DNA from: Myxococcota bacterium
GTDB lineage: Bacteria > Myxococcota_A > UBA796 > UBA2385
Direction of reading: 5' to 3'
DNA: 64,000 nucleotides
Assembly: GCA_044344255.1 (NCBI GenBank)
Contig: JBIJDH010000003.1
Location: 288,001 to 352,000 of the forward strand
Below are positions 10,354 to 20,509 of the stretch, piece by piece. The notes under the pieces were generated by a model. The model was not told the origin of the DNA, did not search any database, and saw only the letters and a program-made list of their open reading frames with translations. Each line of letters starts with the position of its first letter. The stretch's first letter is position 1. The translations under genes and the position numbers were made by a program.

Positions 10354-13145
10354 GCATGGTCACGCCTGATCTCTCGCCTGACCGCTCGTCGAGACGCCGC
10401 GCCGCCCCTGCCCTTTGTTGGGCAGCGGTGCTCCTTTGCTCCGGCCTCAGCGTCTTCGGCCTTGGCTGCTCGGACAAGGGGGAGGGTGACGGGGATGGCT
10501 CGTTAGCCGTCGGCCCCGAGCTCGAGCACACGCCGCCGACGGGTGAGCTCGTCGAAGGTGCGGTGCTGAGCCTCGATCTCCTCGCCACCGACTCCGATGG
10601 CGTGCGCTCGGCGGTGGCCTACCATCGAAATACCGGCGAAGAGTTCTGGGACTCCACTCCCCTGACCGGCGACGGCGACACCTGGACGGGCACCGTCGAT
10701 GGGCTGATCGTCCCTGGGGTCGACTACTACTTCAAGGCCACGGACGGTGGTGACCCGGAGGCCACGAGCTATCTGCCCGCCGAGGGCCCGGAGGCTCCCT
10801 TCAGCCTCGCGGTGAGCCCGACCACGCAGGGCCTCCCCTTCTTGGAGGACTTTGAGGAGACGGACGTCGAGGTGTCTCTGTTCACGATGGGCTGGTGGAC
10901 CCCGAGCGTCGGCGTCAACACCTACCCCTGGACCTTGAACACGGACCGAGCCAGCAGCGGTTCGGGGAGCGCCTTCCACCCTCGCGGCTACGTCGGGGCC
11001 ATCGAAGACTGGCTCATCTCTCCCGCCCTCGACTTCCGGTCGCTCGACGCGATCATGGTGCGGTGGAGCGAGTACGGCGCCGCGACTGACGCCCTCGAGG
11101 GGCACGCGCTCTACCTCTCCACCGGCTCCCGCGATCCTGCGGACGGCGGGTACACGTTGGTGGAGGCCGCGCTTCCGGCGCCCCCCGAAGACGAGTGGGG
11201 CCCCTCCAACGGCTACGATCTCAGCGCCTGGGCCGGTGAGCCGGTCGTCTACCTCGCATGGGTCTACACCGGCACCGACGCCTCGGACGACTGGTACATC
11301 GACGAGGTCTCGGTCGGCCCGCTCGTGGCCGATCTCGACGCCAGCTTGCTGTCTTGGAGCCCCGATCCTGTTCGGCCGGGTGAGACCACCACGGTGACGG
11401 TGCAGATCACCAACGACTCCCCGGCCCTGGCCGACGGGCTCAGCGCGAGCCTCACGTTCCCGGACGGCGGCGCTTCGACGGACGGCGCGGCCGTCCCGGT
11501 GGTCGACCTCGACCCGCACACCACCACCGAGGCCGACTTCAGCGTCACCATCGACGCCGCCGCCGCTGATAACCACCGCCTCCCGGTGGAGCTCACGGTG
11601 ACGGACGGGGAGGAGGTCTGGAGCTGGGACCTCGAGATGATCATCGGGCGGCCGAGCTCGGCGGTGTTGAGCCTCTCCCTCACCGAGTCGGCGCTCACCA
11701 GCGTCTCCGTGGGGCAGGGTGATCCCGACGCCCCCACGCTCGAGCTCGACGTGCTGGCCGCCACTCTGCCGGCCGGAGCGAGCGAGGTTGAGGTCGATCT
11801 GACCGACTACATCGACCTCCTCCCGCCCGGCCCCGGCCCCGACCGCTGGTTCGCCCGCGTGCAGTCGGCCTCGGAGGGTAGCCTCACCCGCCTCTCTATT
11901 GACACCGCCGGCGCAGTCAGCTCCTCCACCAACACGGTCTACCTGCCGCCCGACACAGAGGCCCTGATCTACGATCCCGAGCCCCCGGTGCCGGCGCTGG
12001 TGACCATCAGCACCGCACCCTCGTCGGTGAAGCCGGGCGACGTGGTGAGCCTGTCCCTGACAGTGGGAAACAACGGCGCCGCCTCGGCCGGGCCGGTCAC
12101 GGCCACGCTGGTCTCTACCCACGCCGACCTCTCCGTCCTCACGCCCGATCCGATCACGGTCGACGGCGACGTCTGGAGCCCGGGGGAGTACCACGGCCTC
12201 TCGGCCCTCCAGGTCGCGGTGTCGCCGCTGCACCGCGACTCCACCGATCTCACATTCCAGCTCGTCTTCAGCGACGGCGTCGAGACCTGGGCCGTGGACG
12301 GCGCCTTCGCGGTCCCGATGCCGGTGATGAAGATCATCCGCGTGACCGTGATCGACGATGGGGCCGACGGCATCCTCGACCCCGACGAGTCGGCGGAGCT
12401 GGAGATCGAGGTCGCCAACGTGGGCGACGCCGCCTCCTCCGGGCTGCTGGCCGGCGTGCTCTCGGTGGAGGCCAGCTCCACGGCGCCGGCCACCCTCTCC
12501 GCGGACTCGGGTAGCTTCGGCCTCATCGGCGTCGGCTCGTCCCGCGACCAGGACGGCTTCTTGATCGACGTGGTCGGTGGCAGCGCGGGGGACACGGTCG
12601 ACCTGCTCTTGACCCTCACTGACTCCGCGAACACCTATGAGGCGCGCACCCAGCTCGTCCTCGGCGAGATGCCCTGGTCGACCCTCACCACCGCGGAGGA
12701 CGCCACCGGTGACACCCTCGGCGGCTACGGCTTCGACTTCCACACCGGGGAGTATCGGGTGCAGAGCGGCGTCGTCGAGCTCCGCCTGACCTCGGCGGTC
12801 ACCTTCGACCCGAACACGCTCTTCATCGAGGCTTGGGGGTCGGGCGGCGCCAGCCCCTACACCTACTACATCTGGATCCTGCAGTCGGGCGCCACTTCGA
12901 TGCGCGGCTACGATGACTCGGGCTTCCACGACATCGGGGCGCTCGCGGTGGACTTCCCCGACACCGAGACCGTCGTGCTGAGCTGGGACACCGCTGACAT
13001 GGCGGTGGCCACCAACGGCTTCAGCCTCGGCTTCGGCGCGGGCTGGTGTGGGCCCCCCGAGTACTACTGCGACCAGTTCCCAGACGGCTGGGGTTACCCC
13101 TACGACACCTTCAGCCCCTCGGACTGGTTCAGCATCGAGTGGTGA
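10350..13145 (+). CDS. Large secreted/lipoprotein with a cleaved-adhesin/MAM-like domain and CARDB-like Ig domains
   Basis: GLGC after a hydrophobic stretch. Motifs FLEDFE, DWLISPALD and WYIDEV, plus repeated V.PG..V....V.N.G units. Confidence 0.7.
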   Translation: MSMVTPDLSPDRSSRRRAAPALCWAAVLLCSGLSVFGLGCSDKGEGDGDGSLAVGPELEHTPPTGELVEGAVLSLDLLATDSDGVRSAVAYHRNTGEEFWDSTPLTGDGDTWTGTVDGLIVPGVDYYFKATDGGDPEATSYLPAEGPEAPFSLAVSPTTQGLPFLEDFEETDVEVSLFTMGWWTPSVGVNTYPWTLNTDRASSGSGSAFHPRGYVGAIEDWLISPALDFRSLDAIMVRWSEYGAATDALEGHALYLSTGSRDPADGGYTLVEAALPAPPEDEWGPSNGYDLSAWAGEPVVYLAWVYTGTDASDDWYIDEVSVGPLVADLDASLLSWSPDPVRPGETTTVTVQITNDSPALADGLSASLTFPDGGASTDGAAVPVVDLDPHTTTEADFSVTIDAAAADNHRLPVELTVTDGEEVWSWDLEMIIGRPSSAVLSLSLTESALTSVSVGQGDPDAPTLELDVLAATLPAGASEVEVDLTDYIDLLPPGPGPDRWFARVQSASEGSLTRLSIDTAGAVSSSTNTVYLPPDTEALIYDPEPPVPALVTISTAPSSVKPGDVVSLSLTVGNNGAASAGPVTATLVSTHADLSVLTPDPITVDGDVWSPGEYHGLSALQVAVSPLHRDSTDLTFQLVFSDGVETWAVDGAFAVPMPVMKIIRVTVIDDGADGILDPDESAELEIEVANVGDAASSGLLAGVLSVEASSTAPATLSADSGSFGLIGVGSSRDQDGFLIDVVGGSAGDTVDLLLTLTDSANTYEARTQLVLGEMPWSTLTTAEDATGDTLGGYGFDFHTGEYRVQSGVVELRLTSAVTFDPNTLFIEAWGSGGASPYTYYIWILQSGATSMRGYDDSGFHDIGALAVDFPDTETVVLSWDTADMAVATNGFSLGFGAGWCGPPEYYCDQFPDGWGYPYDTFSPSDWFSIEW

Positions 13146-13194
13146 GCGACGGAGGCGCCGGCGGCGAGGGGCGCACCGCCGCCCCGAACGTAAG

Positions 13195-13280
13195 AGCGGC
13201 CTGATCCGGGGAGGGTCAGGCCGCTGTCGTTGGAGATGTCGCGTTCAGAGTAACCAGCGGCCGGCCCTTCGGGAGGGCCG
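13195..13280. terminator. Two GC-rich hairpins between convergent genes
   Basis: AGCGGCCTGA...TCAGGCCGCT (13195-13224) and CGGCCCT...AGGGCCG (13262-13280). No clear U-tract. Confidence 0.5.
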
Positions 13281-13292
13281 CTCGCCGCTCGG

Positions 13293-14342
13293 TCACTTCT
13301 TGAGCTGCTTCGGGACCGCGCGGATCTGCACGATGTCGATCGAGGCCTCCACGAAGCCCTCCGAGACCATCTTCACCTCGACCCCGTCCGTCCAGCGTTC
13401 GTTGAGCTTGGGGTCGAGCAGGGCCTCCTTGGCGAAGGCGGTCTGCGTCATCAGGCGGGGCAGCCCGGCCTTGTCCTTCTTGTCCGGGCTCAGCGTGCCC
13501 ACCATCACGTTGTCGAAGGGGGGGATGTCCCCCTCGACCTGGAACTCCTTCTCCTCGAGGACGCGGTCGTTCTTGTCCTTGATCGTGGCCTTCAAGATGA
13601 TGTCGGTCATCTCGAACTTGGCCTTGTTCTGGAGCACGAAGGAGAACACGGTGATGTTCTCTCGCTTCTGGTCGGGGAGCTGCAGCCAGCTCGAGTTCTT
13701 CACGAAGACGTAGCGGTCGGGGTTGTAGATGGGGTCGTAGTCTTCGCGGGTGGTGGAGTCTGCGAAGAAGTACGCGGGGATGACCGCGTCAACGGCGACC
13801 CAGCCCTTCGCGCCCTGAGCTGCCTGGACCTCGTAGAAGCCGCCGCGCTTGGCGAGGAGCTGGATCTTGGAGTCCTTCGGCGCGGTGCCGGCGCTGGCGG
13901 CCCCCGCCTTGGGCTCGGAGAGGAGGTTGGCCGGGTTGGCGGTCACCAGCATCTCGGTGAGGGCCATCCCGCCCTCGCCGCCCAACAGCTCCATGTCGGC
14001 GTCGGCCATCTGGGTGTACAGCCGGTAAAAGGCGGTCGCCGAGATGCCCGCGACGATGAGCAATACGACCGCGATGGCGAGGGTCGGCACCTTGCGGCCG
14101 CTCGACGCGGGGGAGTCGTCGATGAGCGGCGCCGCCCGGCGAAAGGACTCCTTCAGCTCTGGGATCTCGGAGGCGTACAGCCAGTCGCTCGCGCCCGGCG
14201 GCTGGATCATGTCCACTTGCTGGATGCGGCCCTGCGCCGCCATCTTTCGGAGCTCGGCCAGGTTGGGGACGGAAAATTGCTGCCCACCCTGGGTGACGCG
14301 CCAGTTGGTCTTTCCGGTACCCGAATTCGCTTGGCCAGACAT
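13293..14342 (-). CDS. GYF_2 (DUF4339)-like domain + TM helix + bacterial SH3-like domain protein
   Basis: N-terminal W....GQQF...LAEL..MA..GRI...D.....G..DW..A.EIPEL; one TM; GFYEVQ....KGWV. Confidence 0.7.
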   Translation of the reverse strand: MSGQANSGTGKTNWRVTQGGQQFSVPNLAELRKMAAQGRIQQVDMIQPPGASDWLYASEIPELKESFRRAAPLIDDSPASSGRKVPTLAIAVVLLIVAGISATAFYRLYTQMADADMELLGGEGGMALTEMLVTANPANLLSEPKAGAASAGTAPKDSKIQLLAKRGGFYEVQAAQGAKGWVAVDAVIPAYFFADSTTREDYDPIYNPDRYVFVKNSSWLQLPDQKRENITVFSFVLQNKAKFEMTDIILKATIKDKNDRVLEEKEFQVEGDIPPFDNVMVGTLSPDKKDKAGLPRLMTQTAFAKEALLDPKLNERWTDGVEVKMVSEGFVEASIDIVQIRAVPKQLKK

Positions 14343-14538
14343 GGCTCCTCCCCAAGATTACTTTCCCAAGATGGCTTGGACCGGTGCAAGGTTTACGAGG
14401 GATGAGGGTGGGGGTCAAGGTGAGGGGACCCCGACTCGGGAGGATTGACCCGGTCTTTGCATCCATGCGGGCGCCGAAGACATCGGTGCCAAGCGGCTGG
14501 CTGACCGATTCGGCGTTGGATATCCATTCGGCGCGAGT

Positions 14539-14979
14539 GTGCCCTTGCCCTTCACCCCTCTCCGCCTCTTGATCCTGATCGACGACGACCGCGGCTGGTG
14601 TGGGCGGGTGGTCCAGGCGATGAAGGAGATGCTCGAGCATCGGGCCTTCCTCGTCGACGTCCACCGCATCCAGGACGGCCCGATCGACGTGCGGGCGTAT
14701 CGCGGCCTCGTGGTGGGCTCTCCCGTCTACGGCGTGGGCCTCCGCGGCGTCGGCCCCACCGAGGCGCTCACCCGCTTCGTGCAGGCGCTGCCGGACCTTG
14801 AGGGCAAGAAGGCGGCGGTCTTCTGCGTGTATCCGCTGCGGCCGGGGCTCACGCTCGACCGCATGAAGGGCCTGATGCTGGAGAAGGGCTGCGAGCTGGT
14901 CGCCGCGCACCCCTACAGCCTGCTGCGCCCGTCGGGGGAGCACATCATCCCGGCGGAGTGCATGGTGCGGATCCGCTGA
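14539..14979 (+). CDS. Flavodoxin-like domain protein
   Basis: Motifs YRGLVVGSPVYG and LEGKKAAVFC. Confidence 0.7.
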   Translation: MPLPFTPLRLLILIDDDRGWCGRVVQAMKEMLEHRAFLVDVHRIQDGPIDVRAYRGLVVGSPVYGVGLRGVGPTEALTRFVQALPDLEGKKAAVFCVYPLRPGLTLDRMKGLMLEKGCELVAAHPYSLLRPSGEHIIPAECMVRIR

Positions 14980-14991
14980 GCCCGTCGGCCC

Positions 14992-15843
14992 TCAGGCTCG
15001 GTGGGCCCCGCGGAGGTGCAGGCGGGTGAGCGCAGAGGCCACCTTTCCGGCGACCCGGAGGGCGCGCGCGGGCGTGCAGAGGATGGCCTGGTTGAGCTCG
15101 AGCTCCAGGAAGACCACCCCGTGCGTCCGCCCATGGCGCTCCACCGAGTAGGCGAGGCCGTCCCGCGCAGAGTAGGGCTCGTTGAGGGCGGTGGTGAGCC
15201 CCTCGCGGCGGAGCTCAAGGGCGAAGCGCTCGGCGACCGCGTCGTGGTGGGCGTACAGCACACCTGCGTCCATCGTCCGAACGCGGTTGTTCCACACGGG
15301 AGTGAAGGAGTGCAGGCTGAGCAGCAGCACCTCCCGGTCGAGGAGCAGGCGCTCGGTGAGCGTGCGGTCGATCGTCGCATGGTAGGGCTCGTGGAACGTG
15401 CCTCGTCGGCGCTCGCGTTCACGGTCGGCCGCAGGGCCGTTCACCGCGCCCTGGTTGAAGGCGAGCGGCTGGCCCTCGATCTCCGTGCGGATCCAGGTGG
15501 GGTCCGCGGGATCGCGGTTGGGGTCGCAGACGAGGCGGGAGAAGCGCGCCATGACGGCGACGGAGCCAGTGTGCCGCACGATGGCCCGCGTGGCGGTCCG
15601 TGCGCCGATGTCCCAACCCCAATGGGTCTGGAGCCACTCGTGATCGGCCTCGCTGGGCCGCATGGGGGAGGGCACCCGGTTCGATGCGTGCTCCACGGTG
15701 AGCACGAGGGGGCCGCGCGCCGGATACCCGTAGACTTCGGTCGCTTCCTCGATCCGATGGACGACGCCTCCCTTCCCCGTCTCTCCGGCACCCCCCGGCG
15801 CGCCCTGAGCGTCCGGGGGCCCACCTGCCCGCGCCTCTGTCAT
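14992..15843 (-). CDS. N-formylglutamate amidohydrolase family protein
   Basis: Motifs EHASNRVP, HWGWDIGA, SRLVCDPNR, SLHSFTP and NEPYS. Confidence 0.9.
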   Translation of the reverse strand: MTEARAGGPPDAQGAPGGAGETGKGGVVHRIEEATEVYGYPARGPLVLTVEHASNRVPSPMRPSEADHEWLQTHWGWDIGARTATRAIVRHTGSVAVMARFSRLVCDPNRDPADPTWIRTEIEGQPLAFNQGAVNGPAADRERERRRGTFHEPYHATIDRTLTERLLLDREVLLLSLHSFTPVWNNRVRTMDAGVLYAHHDAVAERFALELRREGLTTALNEPYSARDGLAYSVERHGRTHGVVFLELELNQAILCTPARALRVAGKVASALTRLHLRGAHRA

Positions 15844-15872
15844 GGAGCCCTCCCAGCGGGGCGGCTACTATC

Positions 15873-16853
15873 GTGTCTCTCCTCGGAGGTCCGCCCTTGC
15901 GCCTGGCTCCCCCGCCGCCGTCCACCTTGCGCCGCTCGTACCCCTCCCGCGGGGCGCTGTGGGCGGCCTCGGGCTTGCTGACGCTCTGGATAATCGGCTG
16001 TGACCAAGGGTTATCTCCCGAGGCGATCGACGCGCGCGCAGGCCTCGAGGCCGCCCTGCGCACCCGGGATCCGATGGCGGTCTCCACCGCGGCCCGCGCC
16101 GCCTCGGCCTGGCAGGGGAGGGACCCCGCCCTCGATCGCCTGCTGGGGGAGGCCCTCGCCAACGTGCTGATGAAGCCCGATCTGGGCCTCCCGCTGCTCG
16201 AGTCGGCCCCGGCCCCTTCGGATCCGGCCTGGGTGGAGGCCACCCTCTCGGCGGCCCTCCGCACGGGCTCTGTGCGAGAGATGACCCGCCTGATGCGCGC
16301 CTTCCCGGTGGCCCCTGTCGACCTCGAGAGCCCGGTGACCGACCAGGTGGTCGCCCGCGCGCTGCGGGACCCCGCCGTCGGCTGGTCGGCCCTCGGCGTC
16401 GCGGTGGGGGACTGCGCGCTCCTCGATCAGCAGCCCCAACGCGGCCGGCAGCCCATCGACGAGCCCGCCTCCGACGCGCTCCTCGCAGGCGCCCGCGCGC
16501 TCGGCGCCGCCCGGGTCATCGTCGGGAGGGCCGAGCGGCGCACCGATCCGGACCCCTTGAGCGGCCGCGGCGACCTCTCCTGCCGGACCGGTCGTGTGTT
16601 CGCGGGCGCGAGGGCCCTGCCGACGCCGCTCCCGCGGGACCTCGTGCTCGCCGCCGAGGACGAGGGGGGGGTCGTCTTTCTCAACCTGAAGGAGGGTGAA
16701 GACGGCTTCGCGCGCGCCTTCGGCACCAACGACGTGGAGGCCGCCGAGCGCTGGCTGGCGGCGGCAGACGCGTGGACCGCGGGCGGGGACGCGCTGGTGA
16801 TCGAGCGCCTCGGCCTCGGGCTGCTCCAGCCACGCGCCGAGGCGCCGCGATGA
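15873..16853 (+). CDS. Hypothetical protein (possible lipoprotein)
   Basis: ORF coupled to the next gene. WIIGC possible lipobox. Start uncertain. Confidence 0.6.
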   Translation: MSLLGGPPLRLAPPPPSTLRRSYPSRGALWAASGLLTLWIIGCDQGLSPEAIDARAGLEAALRTRDPMAVSTAARAASAWQGRDPALDRLLGEALANVLMKPDLGLPLLESAPAPSDPAWVEATLSAALRTGSVREMTRLMRAFPVAPVDLESPVTDQVVARALRDPAVGWSALGVAVGDCALLDQQPQRGRQPIDEPASDALLAGARALGAARVIVGRAERRTDPDPLSGRGDLSCRTGRVFAGARALPTPLPRDLVLAAEDEGGVVFLNLKEGEDGFARAFGTNDVEAAERWLAAADAWTAGGDALVIERLGLGLLQPRAEAPR

Positions 16854-17476
16854 GCGCCCCCGCCGCGCCGGAGCCCCGGCGGCGCCCACGCCTCTCGCAC
16901 TCGACCCTGCTCGTCGGCCTCACGCCCTTCGTCCCGCTCCCCGTGTTGGATGGCGTCATCAAGCGGCACCTCCTGCGGCGGAGCTGGCGCGAGCTCGCCC
17001 TCCTCCACGGGGTCTCGGTAGAAGAGGCTACGCTCGTCGCCCTGACCCGCGACAAGCGAAGCTTCCTGCTCGGCTGTCTGGGCGCCGTGCTCTGGTGGCC
17101 GCTGAAGAAGATCTTCAAGTCGGTCTTCTTTGTGCTGCAGCTCAAGGAGTGTGTTGATGAGGCCTCCGAGGCCTCCGTTCGCAGCCTGCTGGTGCGAACG
17201 GCGCTTCAACGCGGCCACCTCCCCGCCCAGGCCGAGGCCGTGCGCGAGGCGATGGACGCCGCCTGGGAGCGGCGGGGCGGCTCCCCGGTCACGGGCTGGC
17301 TGCGCAAGCGGCCGGCGGTCTCTGCGGAGCTGCTCGGCGTCGAGGTCACCTCGATGGTCGTCGAGCTGATGCGCCACGCCGCGGTCGCCGACGTGGTGGG
17401 CGACTTCATCGAGCGCCTCGAGGCCCTGCCCCAGCCCTCGGGCGCCCCCGTCGCGGTCGTCGAGCCGGCACCGTGA
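16850..17476 (+). CDS. Hypothetical protein (DUF697-like N-terminal motif)
   Basis: ATGA/GTGA coupling on both sides. Motif GLTPFVPLPVLD. Confidence 0.6.
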   Translation: MSAPAAPEPRRRPRLSHSTLLVGLTPFVPLPVLDGVIKRHLLRRSWRELALLHGVSVEEATLVALTRDKRSFLLGCLGAVLWWPLKKIFKSVFFVLQLKECVDEASEASVRSLLVRTALQRGHLPAQAEAVREAMDAAWERRGGSPVTGWLRKRPAVSAELLGVEVTSMVVELMRHAAVADVVGDFIERLEALPQPSGAPVAVVEPAP

Positions 17477-18360
17477 GCCTGCTCCCGGCGGTTGATCCCG
17501 CCCTCTACACCGTCGACCGCGGCCCCGCCGACGCGCCGGTGCGCCTCCGCTACAAGGGCGTCGCAGGCTTCATCCTCGAGCACGCCCAACACCGCTTGGT
17601 GCTTGATCCTTTCGTCTCCCGAACCTCGCCGTGGGTCACGCTGACCCGACCGCTCCGGCCCGATCTCCCTCTGATCGAGCGGCACTTCCCCCTCGCGGAC
17701 GACGTGCTGGTCGGCCACGCCCACTTCGATCACATGCTCGATGCCCCGGCGCTCTGCGCCCGCACCGGCGCCCGGCTCATCGGCTCCCCCGACGTCTGCA
17801 ACGTCGGCCGCGCTGCGGGCCTCCCCGAGGCCCAGCTCCGCGAGACGCGGGGTCGGGAGGTCATCGAGAGCGGCCCGGCGCGGATCATCGGCCTGCCCTC
17901 ACTGCACGGGCGCATCTACCTCGGCCGCGTCAGCTTCCCGGGGCGCATCCTGGCGCCCCCTCCCTGGCCGCCGCGTCTGCACCAGCTCCGACACGGCCTC
18001 GTATTGAACTGGTGGATCGAGGTCGGTGGCGTGCGGATCCTCCACATCGACAGCGCCGACTTTCTCCCGGACGAGCTCCGCGGCCTGGAGGTCGATCTGG
18101 TCTGCCTCTGCGCCATCGGCCGGGCTTGGCGGCGCCGATACGTCGAAGAGGTGGTCGAGCTCGTCCGACCGAAGGCGATCCTCGCCTGCCACTGGGACTG
18201 GTTCTTCAGCCCCTACGACGCCCCGGTGCGGGCGCTGCCCTTCGTGGATCTCCCGGGCTTCCTCGCGGAGATTCGGGCGGTGGGCGTCGAAGCACTGCTG
18301 CTCCCGCCGGACGGTGAGCTCGGCCTCGGCGCCCCCCGTGGCCCGGCGGCCCCTGCTTAG
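17473..18360 (+). CDS. MBL-fold metallo-hydrolase (UlaG-like)
   Basis: Motifs LVLDPFVSR, GHAHFDH and CHWD. Confidence 0.9.
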   Translation: MSLLPAVDPALYTVDRGPADAPVRLRYKGVAGFILEHAQHRLVLDPFVSRTSPWVTLTRPLRPDLPLIERHFPLADDVLVGHAHFDHMLDAPALCARTGARLIGSPDVCNVGRAAGLPEAQLRETRGREVIESGPARIIGLPSLHGRIYLGRVSFPGRILAPPPWPPRLHQLRHGLVLNWWIEVGGVRILHIDSADFLPDELRGLEVDLVCLCAIGRAWRRRYVEEVVELVRPKAILACHWDWFFSPYDAPVRALPFVDLPGFLAEIRAVGVEALLLPPDGELGLGAPRGPAAPA

Positions 18361-19808
18361 AGGTGCGTCCGCCCGTCGATGACCTCGACCTTCATCATGT
18401 TGGTGGCGCCGCGCATGGGGACCCTCCCGGCCAGGACCACCACCTCTTGACCATCCTGCACGTAGCCGCCGTCGAGGAGGGCGCGCTCGCCCGCGGCGAT
18501 GAGGTCGTCGGTGCGGGCGATGAGGGGGATCATCACGGCGGTCACGCCCCAGACGAGGCTCAGCCGGTCGCAGACCGTCTGGCTGTGGGTGATCGCGAAG
18601 ATGCCTGTCTTTGGGCGGCTCTTGCTCGCCTTCAGCGCGGTGCTCCCCGACCAGGTGAACACCATCAACGGCCGCGGCGTCTCCCGGACGGCGTAGCAGG
18701 CGGCCCGCAGGACCGTGCTCTCGGGGGTGTTGAAGGAGGGGAGGGTGCTGAGGTCCGGCGGGCGGTACCAGCGGCTCGACTCCACCTCGCGGGCGATGCG
18801 GTCCATCGCGCCCACGCTCTCGAGCGGGTAGCTCCCGTTCGCGGTCTCGCCGGACAGCATGACCGCGTCGGTGCCGTCGAGGATGGCGTTGGCGACGTCG
18901 GTGATCTCGGCGCGGGTCGGGCGCGGGTTGCGCTCCATGCTGTCGAGCATCTGGGTCGCGGTGATGACGAGGGCGCCAGCGTGGTTCGCCGCGGCGATGA
19001 GCTCCTTCTGGACGACCGGCACCTCTTCGAAGGGGATCTCCACCCCGAGGTCGCCGCGGGCCACCATGATGCCTTGAACGACCTCGAGGATGGTCACGAT
19101 GTTCGAGACGCCCTGCGGCTTCTCGATCTTGGCGATCACCGGCATGTCGGCCTGGCCGAGGCGGACGAGCTCTGCGCGGAGCACGGCCACGTCTGCGGTG
19201 CTGCGTACGAAGGAGAGGGCCACGTAGTCGACCCCCGCCGCCACACCGACGGCGAGATCACCGAAGTCCTTGTCGGTGAGGGAAGGCGCGTTGACCTTGG
19301 TCTTCGGTACGTTGATGCCCTTGTGGGAGCCGAGCTGGCCGCCTGCGGTCATGCGGATGTCGACCTCGGCGGGCCCGGCGCCGGTCGGGCGCACGGCGAC
19401 GACGTCTCCGGCGAGGGCGCCGTCGGCGAAGAGCACGGGCTCGCCCGGCAGGACGTCGTTGGCCATCTCGGGCCAGGTGGTGCCGACCCGCGTCCCGACC
19501 GCCTTGAAGTCGGGGTCCATCACCACGGTGAGGATGTCGTCCTTCACGAGGGTGACCGGCGGCTTGCACTCGCCGGTGCGGATCTTTGGACCTTGAAGAT
19601 CCAGGAGAATCGCTACATTTCGACCAAGATCAGTCGCCGCGCGTCGAATGCGGGCCACATCCGCTCGGATCACGTCGTGGCTGGCGTGTGAGCAGTTTAT
19701 GCGGCACACATCGACCCCCGCGCTCAAGAGGGCGCGAAGGACCTGGGGATCTCGGCTGGAGGGGCCGATGGTGGCGACGATTCGAGTGCGGCGGGGTGTG
19801 GTGCTCAT
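18357..19808 (-). CDS. pyk: Pyruvate kinase
   Basis: Motifs TRIVATIGP, LLDLQGPKIR, IAKIEK, GIMVARGDLGVE and DGTDAVMLSGETA. Confidence 0.98.
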   Translation of the reverse strand: MSTTPRRTRIVATIGPSSRDPQVLRALLSAGVDVCRINCSHASHDVIRADVARIRRAATDLGRNVAILLDLQGPKIRTGECKPPVTLVKDDILTVVMDPDFKAVGTRVGTTWPEMANDVLPGEPVLFADGALAGDVVAVRPTGAGPAEVDIRMTAGGQLGSHKGINVPKTKVNAPSLTDKDFGDLAVGVAAGVDYVALSFVRSTADVAVLRAELVRLGQADMPVIAKIEKPQGVSNIVTILEVVQGIMVARGDLGVEIPFEEVPVVQKELIAAANHAGALVITATQMLDSMERNPRPTRAEITDVANAILDGTDAVMLSGETANGSYPLESVGAMDRIAREVESSRWYRPPDLSTLPSFNTPESTVLRAACYAVRETPRPLMVFTWSGSTALKASKSRPKTGIFAITHSQTVCDRLSLVWGVTAVMIPLIARTDDLIAAGERALLDGGYVQDGQEVVVLAGRVPMRGATNMMKVEVIDGRTHL

Positions 19809-19961
19809 GGCGGCCCGCTAACGCGCTGGCCCCGCCTCGGCTGGGCGGGAGCTCACGGGGGCAAGCCCGTTCCACGGGAGGCTCCACGGCCCCATCGGCG
19901 CAGTCGCCGCGATCGGGGGGCGATCGGGGATGCCGATCCAACCGATCGAAGCGGATCTTCG

Positions 19962-20005
19962 CATTCGTGGAACACCTCGTTTCCACGAATGATTGACACG
20001 TCAAT
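19962..20005. promoter_or_regulatory. 11-bp perfect inverted repeat followed by the palindrome ATTGAC-AC-GTCAAT, which overlaps a TTGACA -35 hexamer
   Basis: CATTCGTGGAA (19962) and TTCCACGAATG (19981); ATTGACACGTCAAT at 19992-20005. Lies in the AT-richer divergent intergenic region. Confidence 0.6.
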
Positions 20006-20201
20006 GGAAAGGGAGCATGTTGGTGCCGGGTCGGGGGGGCCGGTTGTGCCTCGCCTTGAACAGCGCAGATCGGCCCCCGGAGCCTCGGCTCCCACACTGA
20101 TCTCCTTAGTTCAGGCTGGAACAACCCTGACAATTCATTTCAATTGATGAACATGCAGTGCCTCCGCGGGCGTCGGTCTCGGGGGAGGTTCGGAGTCTCT
20201 G

Positions 20202-20450
20202 ATGACGGTCTCAGCGCCGCGCAGCCGCGAACGGGTGGCTCGTAATTTCATCAAGTCTTACGGGAGGACGCGCTTCCGGCGCCTCCTCGAGGCCCTCGCG
20301 GCCGGCGAGAGCGGGCAGACCATCGCCAACGAGTTCGGCGTGAGCCGGGAGCGGGTTCGGCAGTGGAAGAACACCTTCGGGGAGGTGATCACGCACTACC
20401 GAGTCTTCCCCGAGGTGGATCGCATCCTCCGTGAGCGGCGCACCGCCTGA
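20202..20450 (+). CDS. Small helix-turn-helix protein (sigma70 region 4-like)
   Basis: 82 aa. Motif SGQTIANEFGVSRERVRQW. GGAG RBS. Confidence 0.75.
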   Translation: MTVSAPRSRERVARNFIKSYGRTRFRRLLEALAAGESGQTIANEFGVSRERVRQWKNTFGEVITHYRVFPEVDRILRERRTA

Positions 20451-20509
20451 GGGCAGGGCGGGCCGCCGGGTTGGCCTGTCGAAGCGATCAACCTCCTCGG
20501 GGAGCGCCG

